64,000 nucleotides of DNA from NCBI GenBank assembly GCA_016211945.1, contig JACRHV010000003.1:69631-133630 (forward strand). The letters run 5' to 3'. Under the pieces are notes generated by a model. That model did not search any database, was not told the origin of the DNA, and was given only the letters and a program-made list of their open reading frames with translations. Within the stretch, counting starts at the first letter, position 1. Each line of letters begins with the position of its first letter. The translations under genes and the position numbers were made by a program. Shown piece after piece: positions 9,967 to 19,614 of this stretch. The DNA is from Minisyncoccota bacterium (GTDB lineage: Bacteria > Patescibacteriota > Microgenomatia > UBA1400 > UBA12028).

Positions 9967-11985
9967 ATGATTCGGAAGTTCACCGTCTTTTTTTTCCACG
10001 CACTTTTTCTCACTGTTCCGCTTTTTTTTACCTCAATTAATGATGAGTTGTTCGAGTTTAACAAGATCGTTCTGACGTACGCGTATACGACGATTATCGT
10101 GGGATTATGGGTAACGCGCATGATCGTTGAAAAAAAAGTGCTATGGAAAAAAACACCATTTGATATCCCTCTTGCGTTGTTTTTTATCTCACAACTCCTC
10201 TCAACTATCACCTCGATCCACCCTCATACCTCAATTTTTGGATACTATTCTCGATTCAATGGCGGGCTATTGTCCGTCATGAGTTACATTGCCCTGTACT
10301 ATGCCTTCGTGAATACCGTTGAGAAAAAGGAGGTTGGTTCGTTCATAAAAACGCTTTTGTACGCAGGCATGCTTTCAGCGTTCTACGCGTTCATTGAACA
10401 CTTTGGTCATTCTCCAAGTTGCTTCTTCATCACGGGAAAGTTCGATGTTGGGTGTTGGATTCAGGATGTGCAGACGCGTGTGTTCGGGACATTTGGACAG
10501 CCAAACTGGCTCGCGGCGTACCTCATTATGCTCATCCCGCTCGCGGTTTCAGAAACGATTCGCGCGTTTGAGATAAAAAAATCGTGGTACGCTTGGTTTC
10601 TTTTTGGCGTCGTAGGCCTTTTCTTCTCTACGCTTCTTTTCACACAGTCCAGATCTGGATTATTGGGCCTTGCGATGGGCAGCTTTGTATATGGAGTGCT
10701 CTTGATAAAACAGTGGTTCACTGACATTCAAACACGGTCATCTTTTCGACCGCTTCTTTTTCTTGGTCTCTGCTGTGCTTTTCTCGTTTTTCTTTTTGGA
10801 TCACCACTTACTCCTTCAGCAAAACAAATGCTTCAAAAGTTTCGTGCAAAACCGGCAACTGCAACGCCTTCGGCTCCTTCTCAACAACCCGCCGGAACGC
10901 AGTTGGAGGTTGGAGGAACAGAGTCCGGCGCTATTCGCGCTATTGTATGGAAGGGGGCGCTTGCGGTGTGGAAACGATATCCATTGCTTGGGTCTGGTGT
11001 TGAAACGTTTGCATACAGCTATTACAAAGACAGACCCATTGAGCACAACCTCGTGTCTGAGTGGGATTTTCTGTATAACAAGGCACACAACGAGTTTTTG
11101 AACTATTTAGCTACAACGGGAGCGGTGGGGTTAGGTACCTATCTTCTTTTGATTGGATGGGTCTATTGGTGGACGCTTCGTCACTCCGCCGATTCCCCAT
11201 ATTCCATAGCTGCATGGCTTGCGGGATACACCGCTCTTCACATCTCAAACTTCTTTGGTTTCTCTACCGTTGTGGTATCAACATTGTTTTTTCTCGTTCC
11301 AGCATTTGTCTCTGTAGAGTTCTCCATTTCTGATGCTCTGTCATCATTACCCCCATGGGAACGAAAGAAAAAGATACGGGCAAAACAAGAGCCTGTTTCC
11401 CTCTATCAGTGGAGTGTTGTTGGTCTTGTGAGCATTGGTGTGCTGTGGACGCTTCTTATTGTTGTGAACATGTGGCGAGCTGACTACGCGTTTGCGCAGG
11501 GAAAACAACTCCGCACGGCCAAACAAGGAGAGCAAGCGATAGAAAAATTGAAGGAGGCGATTAATCTTGGACCAAACGAGGCAGTATTTCACGAGGAACT
11601 CTCGCTTACCGCTTCTGAACTTTCCGCAGCCGCATATGCACAACAACAGGCAACGCCTGCTGCGGACTTAGGAGAGTTGGCGATTCGTGAATCGGATAAA
11701 ATGTTGGAATTGAACTCGCGTCATTTGAATTTTTATAAGTCCCGCGCACGTATGCTCATCACACTCTCTCAAATTGCGCCAGAGTTGATGGGTGAGGCTT
11801 TACGTGTTCTGGATCGGGCACAAGCACTTGCCCCTACCGACGCAAAACTCACATATAATAGGGCGTTGCTGACCGAGCAAGGCGGGAAAAAAGACGAGGC
11901 TATTACGTTGATGAAACAAGCCATTGATATGAAGCCCAACTACGAAGTTGCAAAGGAACAACTAAAGAGAATTGAGGGAAGGTAA
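9967..11985 (+). CDS. O-antigen ligase-like (Wzy_C) membrane protein with C-terminal TPR repeats
   Basis: GTFGQPNWLA, TQSRSG, GSGVETF, AHNEFL motifs; TPR-like helices at the C-terminus. Confidence 0.85.
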   Translation: MIRKFTVFFFHALFLTVPLFFTSINDELFEFNKIVLTYAYTTIIVGLWVTRMIVEKKVLWKKTPFDIPLALFFISQLLSTITSIHPHTSIFGYYSRFNGGLLSVMSYIALYYAFVNTVEKKEVGSFIKTLLYAGMLSAFYAFIEHFGHSPSCFFITGKFDVGCWIQDVQTRVFGTFGQPNWLAAYLIMLIPLAVSETIRAFEIKKSWYAWFLFGVVGLFFSTLLFTQSRSGLLGLAMGSFVYGVLLIKQWFTDIQTRSSFRPLLFLGLCCAFLVFLFGSPLTPSAKQMLQKFRAKPATATPSAPSQQPAGTQLEVGGTESGAIRAIVWKGALAVWKRYPLLGSGVETFAYSYYKDRPIEHNLVSEWDFLYNKAHNEFLNYLATTGAVGLGTYLLLIGWVYWWTLRHSADSPYSIAAWLAGYTALHISNFFGFSTVVVSTLFFLVPAFVSVEFSISDALSSLPPWERKKKIRAKQEPVSLYQWSVVGLVSIGVLWTLLIVVNMWRADYAFAQGKQLRTAKQGEQAIEKLKEAINLGPNEAVFHEELSLTASELSAAAYAQQQATPAADLGELAIRESDKMLELNSRHLNFYKSRARMLITLSQIAPELMGEALRVLDRAQALAPTDAKLTYNRALLTEQGGKKDEAITLMKQAIDMKPNYEVAKEQLKRIEGR

Positions 11986-11992
11986 AATCGCC

Positions 11993-12598
11993 ATGAAAAA
12001 ACCCATTCTTACTGTCCCCAACCCCATGTTACGTACAAAAAGTGTTGATCTGGACCTCAAAAAAGACTTGCCTCTCATTCAGTCATACATCAAGGATCTT
12101 GAAGAAACACTCGGAAAAAAGGCCAACCCCAAAGGCGTGGGCCTTTCCGCACCGCAAATCGGGAAAAATCTGCGGATGTTTTCGTCCTTCCTCCCCCCCT
12201 CCAGCAACGCCAAGGATCAGGATCGTCCAACAGAGGAAGAAAAAGACGAGGCCGTACTTGCAACCTACCTCAATCCCGTCATCGTAAACACTTCTAAAGA
12301 CAAAACATTCGGACCCAATCCGGAAGATCCTATCTTGGAAGGCTGCCTATCTATCCCACAACTCTACGGCCCCGTTCCTCGATTCTCATGGGTTACATTG
12401 CACTTTTGGACACCAAAACTTGAGGAAAAAGAAGTTGTGTTTCATGGTTTTTTTGCTCGAGTTATTCAACACGAGTTCGACCACCTTGAGGGAATCTTGT
12501 TCGTTGATTATATTCGCGAACTCAACCTCCCTCTCTTTGAACAGCAAAACAAGAAAATGATCGAGATCGATCCTACTATTATTAACGCGCTAGGTTAA
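11993..12598 (+). CDS. def: Peptide deformylase
   Basis: GVGLSAPQIG, EGCLS, QHEFDHLEG. Confidence 0.96.
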   Translation: MKKPILTVPNPMLRTKSVDLDLKKDLPLIQSYIKDLEETLGKKANPKGVGLSAPQIGKNLRMFSSFLPPSSNAKDQDRPTEEEKDEAVLATYLNPVIVNTSKDKTFGPNPEDPILEGCLSIPQLYGPVPRFSWVTLHFWTPKLEEKEVVFHGFFARVIQHEFDHLEGILFVDYIRELNLPLFEQQNKKMIEIDPTIINALG

Positions 12599-12602
12599 CG
12601 AT

Positions 12603-13511
12603 ATGCAGATACTTCTTGCTGGAACACCCTCCACTACCGTCGCCGTTGCACGCACACTTGTTTCAGCAAACCATACTATTATAGGTGTCCTCTGCCCCTT
12701 CCCGAAGCCTATTGGGCGTAAGCAGATTGTGACACCGTGTGCGCTGGAAATGTGGGCTCGGAATTTTTCTGTTCCGATTTTTCATGTTGATTCGAGTGTG
12801 TTGGCAGATCACAAGAACTTGGCCGAGGTGCCGAAGGCCGATGTTTTCATTGTCGCTGATTTTGGTTTCCTCATTCCACCTTGGCTTCTCTCGTATTGCC
12901 AGCATGGTGCACTTAACCTCCACCCCTCCTTGTTGCCGAGGTGGCGCGGCGCGACTCCGGTACCGTTTACGCTCTTGTTTGGCGACCGCGAAACCGGCAT
13001 CAGTATTATCCAGATGAATGAAAAGTTTGATATGGGCGCCGTCGTCGCACAACGGAAGGTTGAAATTCTTGAGGATGATACGACACCAACGCTTTTGGAT
13101 CGATGTTTTAGCGTTGGAGCACAGCTGCTTCTCGAGGTTTTGCTCGAATATGTTGGGGGAGCGTTGAAGCCTATTCCCCAACCCATATCCTCGCCAACTC
13201 CCATGACACGAAAGTTCACAAAGGAAGACGGATGTGTGCCATATGAGGCCTTGGTAGCCGCGAGACAAGGATTATCATTCGATTCCTCGCCGATCAAGAT
13301 TTTAGCCGAGTACGGCCTTCCCCAAATCCCGGTTGGGATATACCAGATGTGCCGCGGGTTGGCCCCGTGGCCTGGTGTGTGGGCTACCCTACCGAATGGC
13401 AAGCGGCTAAAGGTGTTGTCAAGTACCTTTGATGGAAAACGATGCACTCCCAATCTCGTTCAACTCGAGGGAAAAACGGCGGAAAAATACATGGGTTTTG
13501 ATAGGCTATAA
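12603..13511 (+). CDS. fmt: Methionyl-tRNA formyltransferase
   Basis: NLHPSLLPRWRGATP, DMG, PWPG; follows def. Confidence 0.93.
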   Translation: MQILLAGTPSTTVAVARTLVSANHTIIGVLCPFPKPIGRKQIVTPCALEMWARNFSVPIFHVDSSVLADHKNLAEVPKADVFIVADFGFLIPPWLLSYCQHGALNLHPSLLPRWRGATPVPFTLLFGDRETGISIIQMNEKFDMGAVVAQRKVEILEDDTTPTLLDRCFSVGAQLLLEVLLEYVGGALKPIPQPISSPTPMTRKFTKEDGCVPYEALVAARQGLSFDSSPIKILAEYGLPQIPVGIYQMCRGLAPWPGVWATLPNGKRLKVLSSTFDGKRCTPNLVQLEGKTAEKYMGFDRL

Positions 13512-13515
13512 TTGA

Positions 13516-14808
13516 CGTATTGCCTCACGTAATAATGTAACGGAACTCCATATTCGTTGCCTCATCATTTTTGTAACGATGCGTATGCATAAGTTTTGTT
13601 TGAAGTGCATGGATATTTCTTTGAAGATCCATAGGATTTAATCCTTCATAAACATGACGAAGTGTCTGCTGTTGATTTGGCTTGAGCATATCAGACTCTC
13701 GAAGTCTTTGGTATGGGGTTCGTGCTTGATCATAGGTCTTCATCACTTTTGATCCTACACGTACTTTCTTCAGCAGTTTCTGTGAGGGTTGAAAGAAGTT
13801 CACATACACCTCCACACACTTTAAAAGCTCTTGAATGATCTTAAGTTGTTCCTCTGTTTCATATCTGCCATATCCAACAAAGTTGCGTAGGACGGTGTAG
13901 TTTTTTTGCTCCACGTAGCAGTTTTCATTCTTTCTTCCTGCTCTGATTCTGGTAAATGTAATATGATTGTTTTCACAAAACCTCAGCATAATATCGTTGA
14001 TGAACTCACTCCCATTGTCTGAATCAATTCCAAGGATGGGGAAAGGGAGTCGTGTTTGGATTCTTTGTACTGCTTCATGGATTCCAAACTGTCCTTTTCC
14101 CATCACTGCTTCAAGCCCAATCCACTGGAGACAGACGTCTGTAAAGTTGAGTCCATATACATAGTGTCCTTGAGGATTTTCACCACAAAATGCGACTCCA
14201 TCAATCTCAAAGAATCCTGGTTTCTTGTCTTCCCAATCCGCAAAAGTTCTGATCTGAATCTGATTTTTTAACAAGGTTCCTGGCTTCGTCGTTGATCTTC
14301 CTTTCAACGCATAGCGCTTCTTTGTTGCAGCAAGCATACGATCAATCGTGGAGCGGCTCATGGTGAGTAGCTTTCTTCGTATGGGGGCAGTGAGTTTGAG
14401 TTCTTTGTTCTTTTCAAGGATGGGAATGAGCTCGGGGAGAAAAGGGTGGAGCCTCTTCCCACAAATCCATCCTGCTGCCAACCAACATGTCCGTAAAGGA
14501 AGAAAGACTGCGTAATCATACTGATGTGTACGCACTTGCGTTCTTTTCTTTTTCCTTCCATCACACGTGGGGTGTATTTGACCCAATACACGTCGTGCGT
14601 AACTTCTGTTGTATCCACAACTTTCAACAAACTCATCAAGTATGATCGTTTTCTCTGTCTTAGATGCGCGATGATATCGCATGCGTATGGTTGTTGTGAG
14701 TGATGCTTTTTCTCTCATAGTTAACATATGTACCCCTTATGTTTTTGGAGTACATTTTCCTATGAGGCAACGAATCGTGTTCCGTTACATTTCTGATGAG
14801 GCAATGCG
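13516..14808 (-). mobile_element. IS element with rve/integrase-core DDE transposase and long imperfect terminal inverted repeats
   Basis: Left CGTATTGCCTCA..AATGTAACGGAAC..ATTCGTTGCCTCAT matches the reverse complement of the right end (14762-14808); exact ends uncertain by a few bp. Confidence 0.8.
13525..14718 (-). CDS. Transposase, integrase core (rve) DDE family
   Basis: ILDEFVESCGYNRSYARR N-terminus, PGFFEID, IDSDNGSEF, NENCYVEQKN; start 14718 or 14727. Confidence 0.9.
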   Translation of the reverse strand: MREKASLTTTIRMRYHRASKTEKTIILDEFVESCGYNRSYARRVLGQIHPTCDGRKKKRTQVRTHQYDYAVFLPLRTCWLAAGWICGKRLHPFLPELIPILEKNKELKLTAPIRRKLLTMSRSTIDRMLAATKKRYALKGRSTTKPGTLLKNQIQIRTFADWEDKKPGFFEIDGVAFCGENPQGHYVYGLNFTDVCLQWIGLEAVMGKGQFGIHEAVQRIQTRLPFPILGIDSDNGSEFINDIMLRFCENNHITFTRIRAGRKNENCYVEQKNYTVLRNFVGYGRYETEEQLKIIQELLKCVEVYVNFFQPSQKLLKKVRVGSKVMKTYDQARTPYQRLRESDMLKPNQQQTLRHVYEGLNPMDLQRNIHALQTKLMHTHRYKNDEATNMEFRYIIT

Positions 14809-14852
14809 ATTGGTTGATTTTAATGTTATAGGGTATATAATAGTCACTTAAG

Positions 14853-15656
14853 ATGCCAAAACAACAATCTCTCGAGTCCATGTATGCTGAGAGGCAGGCT
14901 AACAATCGTTTCCATAGAAATGACGGCATTCCTCGTCAGGAATTATTACAACAAGTTCCTCAAACATTTGTTCTTACTTGTTCCAAGGCTAGTGGAAATG
15001 AAGTGTGTGCAGTTCGTTTTGCTTCTACAAAAACATTCAAAGAATTTCAATCTTCTTTCTCTGGAAAAGGGTTTAATTTTGGACCAATATATGATCGGCT
15101 TGTTGCGCAAGGATTAGTAAAGTCAAATTGTTCAAAACAAATAGCAGACGCAAACCCTCGTTTGATTACACAAAATCCTGGGGCTGAAAAATTTTGGGGA
15201 TGGGGTGATGGATTTACTCTTGAGATTATTGAAAACACATTTATTACTGTCCCCAAAGAGTGTGTTGCGCAAGGAAATACGAGCAATGCGCAAACTGTTG
15301 ATAAAACAGTTGCTCCCACTCCCGCTAAATTAGATACCGTTGCGACACAGCCTTCACATGTGGATCCTATTGTCGTTACTGCAAAAACAAATGAAGTATC
15401 GATTCCAGATTATATTACCGCTGGTATTATAGGGGGAGCTGCGATAGTTGGTGTTGCCGGAGCGATTGCAAAAAATAGTCTGGACAGACGGGCTCGTCGT
15501 CAAAAAGAATTTCAAGAAATAACTCAACAACAACTTAAGAGACAGGCAGAGACATCTGCGCGATTAAATGCTGAAGCCGTTGAAAGAGAAAGGGTTGCTG
15601 AAGAAAAAAGAAAGAAACAAGAAAAGAGGGATGAAGAGTTAAGAAAAAAAAAATAA
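14853..15656 (+). CDS. Hypothetical protein with one TM helix and a charged coiled coil; probably continues past an A10 frameshift
   Basis: 267-aa ORF with TM YITAGIIGGAAIVGVAGAIA; stop immediately follows the A10 run at 15644-15653. Confidence 0.7.
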   Translation: MPKQQSLESMYAERQANNRFHRNDGIPRQELLQQVPQTFVLTCSKASGNEVCAVRFASTKTFKEFQSSFSGKGFNFGPIYDRLVAQGLVKSNCSKQIADANPRLITQNPGAEKFWGWGDGFTLEIIENTFITVPKECVAQGNTSNAQTVDKTVAPTPAKLDTVATQPSHVDPIVVTAKTNEVSIPDYITAGIIGGAAIVGVAGAIAKNSLDRRARRQKEFQEITQQQLKRQAETSARLNAEAVERERVAEEKRKKQEKRDEELRKKK

Positions 15657-16075
15657 AGACTGGGAAAAGAGTTTCTGGTAACGTTGTAGAACATATTCTC
15701 CGTCAAGATCCTATAATAGATAAAGCTTTTGAAGATTTAAAGGCTGTTGGACTCGACCCTAAAAAAGTTTCAAGGAAAGTTTTGTTCGAGGCGTTAAACA
15801 ATGCTAGTGCTCGTCAATCTAAGGAAAATAAAGAAGAAGCGCTTATATTGGCAGAACGGAGTGGATTTATAACGGAAGAGGAACTTCTTAATCGTCTCAG
15901 TGAAAAAGGCAAGGCATTGTTCGAGACGATAAAAAATATTATTCCTCACGAAAAACCAATGTCTTCCTCTAAAAAAGGCGGGAGTTCTACATCCGTGGCT
16001 GACGGATCCGTTTCTTCAGACCCTATAGATGGTAAAGTTTTAACAGACCTTTTCAAAGGTGATTCTAATCAATAG
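15653..16075 (+). pseudogene. Probable C-terminal part of the 14853 gene in the -1 frame
   Basis: The frame of ORF 15782-16075 stays open back to the A10 run (43 extra codons, no ATG). Confidence 0.55.
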
Positions 16076-16097
16076 AAAGATTTCGCAGTTTTTCTTT

Positions 16098-17113
16098 AGA
16101 CTTGTAGCGAAATAAGATTCGTCATTCCTCTTACCCATAGACCACATCATCTCGTAAAGTTGTAGAGTGCAGCAAGGGTCACGAATGGTGTATGTGCAGA
16201 AGCAATGGTGTTTCTGTAGGTGTGCGCATGGATATTGAAGTGTTTCAACGAGGCAAACACATGTTCCACTCGGACACGGATCTGTGCAATGGTTCTGTTG
16301 GTCTTCTTTTGTCTGGACGTCAACGCTTTCCCTTTTGGTTTGCGCGTGGGATAAACCAAGGCAATAGTGGAATTAATCCGCTCTCCTCCTTGGTAGCCAT
16401 TGTCACTCATGCCGAAAGCTCCGGGTGGGGCACGGAGGAGCATGCCATCATCTTCGGCAAGTTTCTTGTCATGCCGTTTCCCCTCCACAGTCTTGGACAC
16501 GGCAAGGATCTTCATGGTTCTGGGGTTGACGAGAATCTGGTTCTTGACCGTATGCATCTTTTTCTTCCCAGAATAGTAGAACTGTTGGATGTCTGTGTTT
16601 TCGGGACGCTGAATCCGTCGTTCGGTCGCATCGACAAGAAACTCTTGCAAGTCGGGACACACGGTCAAGAGCTGTCCCATATGGGTGACCTTGCGTATGG
16701 GGAGCACAAGCGCGTGGTGGAGGGCCTGCTGAAGGATGGGCTTCATAAACTCCACCCATCGCCAGACATTCATCTTGTCCAATCCAAAGAGCACTTGGGC
16801 AAGCCGAAACGTGGGATACACCTTATAGTACAAGAGAATAAGCAAGACCAAGGATGCATCTGTTCCAAAGACACGTTTCCGTCCACCTCCAGCAGTACGC
16901 CATCTTCCTGGATGGATCGCTCGTGTTTTAAACACACAAAACAAGATGGGATGGACTGTGGCAACCACACGGTCAAACTGCTCTTTGGAAATCCCCAGCA
17001 CAGCTGGAAAACATTCTGGATGTTTGAGAAGATACTGGTACATAGGCAGGACTCCTTGATACGGGTACTGCCTATGATTGTATCCAGAAGCATGCTTATT
17101 TCGCTACAAGTCT
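16098..17113 (-). mobile_element. IS5-family (ISL2-group-like) insertion sequence, 1016 bp
   Basis: Perfect 19-bp IRs AGACTTGTAGCGAAATAAG (16098-16116) and CTTATTTCGCTACAAGTCT (17095-17113); TTT on both flanks (possible 3-bp TSD). Confidence 0.92.
16147..17043 (-). CDS. Transposase (HTH plus DDE_Tnp_4-like)
   Basis: GGGRK, VDATERRIQRP, YYSGKKKMHTVKNQ, DNGYQG, RVRVEHVF. Confidence 0.93.
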   Translation of the reverse strand: MYQYLLKHPECFPAVLGISKEQFDRVVATVHPILFCVFKTRAIHPGRWRTAGGGRKRVFGTDASLVLLILLYYKVYPTFRLAQVLFGLDKMNVWRWVEFMKPILQQALHHALVLPIRKVTHMGQLLTVCPDLQEFLVDATERRIQRPENTDIQQFYYSGKKKMHTVKNQILVNPRTMKILAVSKTVEGKRHDKKLAEDDGMLLRAPPGAFGMSDNGYQGGERINSTIALVYPTRKPKGKALTSRQKKTNRTIAQIRVRVEHVFASLKHFNIHAHTYRNTIASAHTPFVTLAALYNFTR

Positions 17114-17118
17114 TTTGG

Positions 17119-17304
17119 TTACTTCGTCTCTGCCTTCACCGTTCTTATGCACGTTGTACACAACTTCACTTTGCGTTTCGCACCATCAATAAGAATATGG
17201 GCGTTATGAAGATTCGGTTTACGCAAATGACGCACGCGATTCTTCGCGTGTGACACAAGGTGTCCGATATCTGGTCCTTTGAAGCAAACTGCACAGTGTG
17301 ACAT
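17119..17304 (-). CDS. rpmB: 50S ribosomal protein L28
   Basis: MSHCAVCFKG..VSHAKNRVRHLRKPNL..KLCTTCIR (CxxC..CxxC form). Confidence 0.92.
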   Translation of the reverse strand: MSHCAVCFKGPDIGHLVSHAKNRVRHLRKPNLHNAHILIDGAKRKVKLCTTCIRTVKAETK

Positions 17305-17388
17305 AGGGATGTATGGTATCACAGCGGTCAAAACCAGGCAAGCGGGAAATCTACACTCAAAAACTACACGCAATGCTACAATACCCTC

Positions 17389-18006
17389 ATGCTCGGCCTC
17401 CTCTTCTCCAACCCCTTCCTTTTTGCCCTTGAGGCAGTGTCGCTCATTGCCGCCCTCACTATCCATGAGTATGCTCACGCATGGATGGCGGACCGCCTCG
17501 GCGACCCAACCCCCCGCGCTCAAGGCCGCCTGAGCCTCGATCCCCGCCGCCACCTCGATCCCCTCGGCACAGTTCTCCTTCTTTTTATCGGCTTTGGCTG
17601 GGGAAAACCAGTGGAGTTTGATCCATATAATCTCCAACATCCACGCCGCGACTCTGCCCTCATCGCACTCGCCGGCCCCGCAAGCAACATCATCATCGCC
17701 GTTCTTCTCTCGTTCGCACTCCACCTACTCCCCCTCCCGGGGATCCTCGCTGCTCTTCTTGTCTTTACCATCCACATCAGCCTCGTCCTCGCTATATTTA
17801 ATCTCATCCCCATTCACCCGCTTGACGGCGGAAAAATCCTGATTGGCTTTTTGCCCAAAGAAATCGCAATGGAGTGGGATGATATGCTTCATAAATACGG
17901 CATGATTATTCTTCTTTTCCTCATCTTCCCGTTCGGGAATAGTCAATCACCTGTCAGCTATCTTGTCTCACCCATCGTTGAGGGATTATTAAAGTTACTC
18001 ATATGA
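17389..18006 (+). CDS. Site-2 protease (M50 family)
   Basis: HEYAH, AGPASN, NLIPIHPLDG. Confidence 0.93.
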   Translation: MLGLLFSNPFLFALEAVSLIAALTIHEYAHAWMADRLGDPTPRAQGRLSLDPRRHLDPLGTVLLLFIGFGWGKPVEFDPYNLQHPRRDSALIALAGPASNIIIAVLLSFALHLLPLPGILAALLVFTIHISLVLAIFNLIPIHPLDGGKILIGFLPKEIAMEWDDMLHKYGMIILLFLIFPFGNSQSPVSYLVSPIVEGLLKLLI

Positions 18007-18824
18007 ACCGGCCTCCGCTTCAACACAAAACTTCTTGGCAACCGGTAAGCTCGTGGTACAACAAGGCGGTCGGAGAAAGTGGACACTATTTCCACCAGCA
18101 CGTCGTTATTCCAACAACCCTGCGATTACTCGATCTTCACCCACACGACTCGCTCTTAGACTTGGCGTGCGGTCAAGGTGTTTTGGAGCGTCACATTCCA
18201 AAAGATATCGAGTATGTTGGCGTAGATGTTGCTCCATCGCTTGTAAAATTCGCGCAGGAGCATGCGGAACCAGGACATCGATTCATTACTGGAGATATCA
18301 CCCAACCACTTCCTATACAAAAACGCGACTTTACACACGCAGTAGTACTTTTAGCACTCCAAAATATCGAACATCCTCACCTTGCCCTCACTCAAGCCAC
18401 CGATCATCTCCGCCAAAACGGCAAACTCTTGCTCATCATCAATCATCCGTGTTTTCGCATTCCGCGTCAGTCAAGTTGGGGTATTGATGAGCGAAACAAA
18501 ACACAATACCGCCGAGTAGACCGATATCTTTCTCCACTGAGCATCCCCATTGCTGCAACCCCCAGCAAAGGTCAACGATCCGCGGTTACCTGGTCGTATC
18601 ACCTCCCCATTTCCGCATATGCTGAACTTTTGCGAAAAGCCGGTTTTGTGATCGAGATCATTGAGGAACTCGGATCAGACAAGGTAAGTGTTGGAACCGC
18701 AGCCAAAATGGAAAACAGAAGCTGCGCGGAGTTCCCCATGTTTATGGCGATTGTGGCGAGAAAGATAGGACCGCCGCACCCCGAGCATCTGTATAATGCA
18801 TCGGCAATGCCTGTGTCCAGATAA
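18003..18824 (+). CDS. Class I SAM-dependent methyltransferase
   Basis: LDLACGQG, GVD, NHPCF motifs. Confidence 0.88.
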   Translation: MNRPPLQHKTSWQPVSSWYNKAVGESGHYFHQHVVIPTTLRLLDLHPHDSLLDLACGQGVLERHIPKDIEYVGVDVAPSLVKFAQEHAEPGHRFITGDITQPLPIQKRDFTHAVVLLALQNIEHPHLALTQATDHLRQNGKLLLIINHPCFRIPRQSSWGIDERNKTQYRRVDRYLSPLSIPIAATPSKGQRSAVTWSYHLPISAYAELLRKAGFVIEIIEELGSDKVSVGTAAKMENRSCAEFPMFMAIVARKIGPPHPEHLYNASAMPVSR

Positions 18825-19572
18825 AATCAAAAAGTTGTTTCTGCATTGCTGCAAGTTGGTCGTTGTAGATTTCAACACAAAAAATCTGATCGTTTTTGTA
18901 CGTGTACGTTGCGTAAACATCGTTATAGATAAGAACCTCAAACATGATCTTCAATTTTTTTGGGTCAATGTATCGATATTCAGAATAGTGTTCAATCATT
19001 TCCTTCACATCCGTAAATCCAGGGAAAGATGTTTTATTTGTCAAATCCTTTGTGTGGATACCATGTTCTACAAGTTCGTTCCGGATGTGTTCAGAAAAAT
19101 TCATAGGGAGAAAATCGGAAAGATGTTCCATTTCAAAGACACGAAGTTCCCCTTTTGCTCGAGTGATGTTATAACTTACCTGCTTCAATCCTTCTATACC
19201 TTCATAGTAGAGCACCTTTGATCTCTCACGCTCTTGATGAGAAAGTGTTTGGAGTTGGGTGAGGAGATCCGGAAATGATGCTTTCAGTTCATGCAACTCC
19301 CCTTCTTTTTCAGCAATAATTCGCTGAAAACGAGTTGGTTGGACCGCACCAAACTGCATGCCACGGTCATCCACACGAAACTCCACAAATTCCTTCTTTT
19401 TCAAAATATCGAGAATTCTGTATACCTTTGTTCTCCCCATATGCAACTCTCTACTCATGCGCAGCGCCGTTGAAAATCCTTTATGTAAAAGAAAGAGGTA
19501 TGCTCTGCCCTCATGAGAGGACAACCCGTAGTTCATTACCTGAGATAATAATATGTCTGTTTGATCGGACAT
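18742..19572 (-). CDS. TrmB-family transcriptional regulator
   Basis: GLSSHEGRAYLFLL, RTKVYRILDIL HTH, YEGIEG; divergent from the EamA gene. Confidence 0.85.
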   Translation of the reverse strand: MSDQTDILLSQVMNYGLSSHEGRAYLFLLHKGFSTALRMSRELHMGRTKVYRILDILKKKEFVEFRVDDRGMQFGAVQPTRFQRIIAEKEGELHELKASFPDLLTQLQTLSHQERERSKVLYYEGIEGLKQVSYNITRAKGELRVFEMEHLSDFLPMNFSEHIRNELVEHGIHTKDLTNKTSFPGFTDVKEMIEHYSEYRYIDPKKLKIMFEVLIYNDVYATYTYKNDQIFCVEIYNDQLAAMQKQLFDFIWTQALPMHYTDARGAAVLSFSPQSP

Positions 19573-19614
19573 CACGTTGTATCTTACTGTATTGCTGCGT
19601 ATGATGCAACACAT

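Noticed and set aside
16192-17253. 353-aa ORF antisense to the IS5-like transposase
   Set aside because: Shadow of the transposase frame; extends beyond the IS end into rpmB and has no recognisable motifs
17305-17724. 140-aa N-terminal extension on L28 in the ORF track
   Set aside because: Antisense to the site-2 protease gene; real L28 starts at 17304
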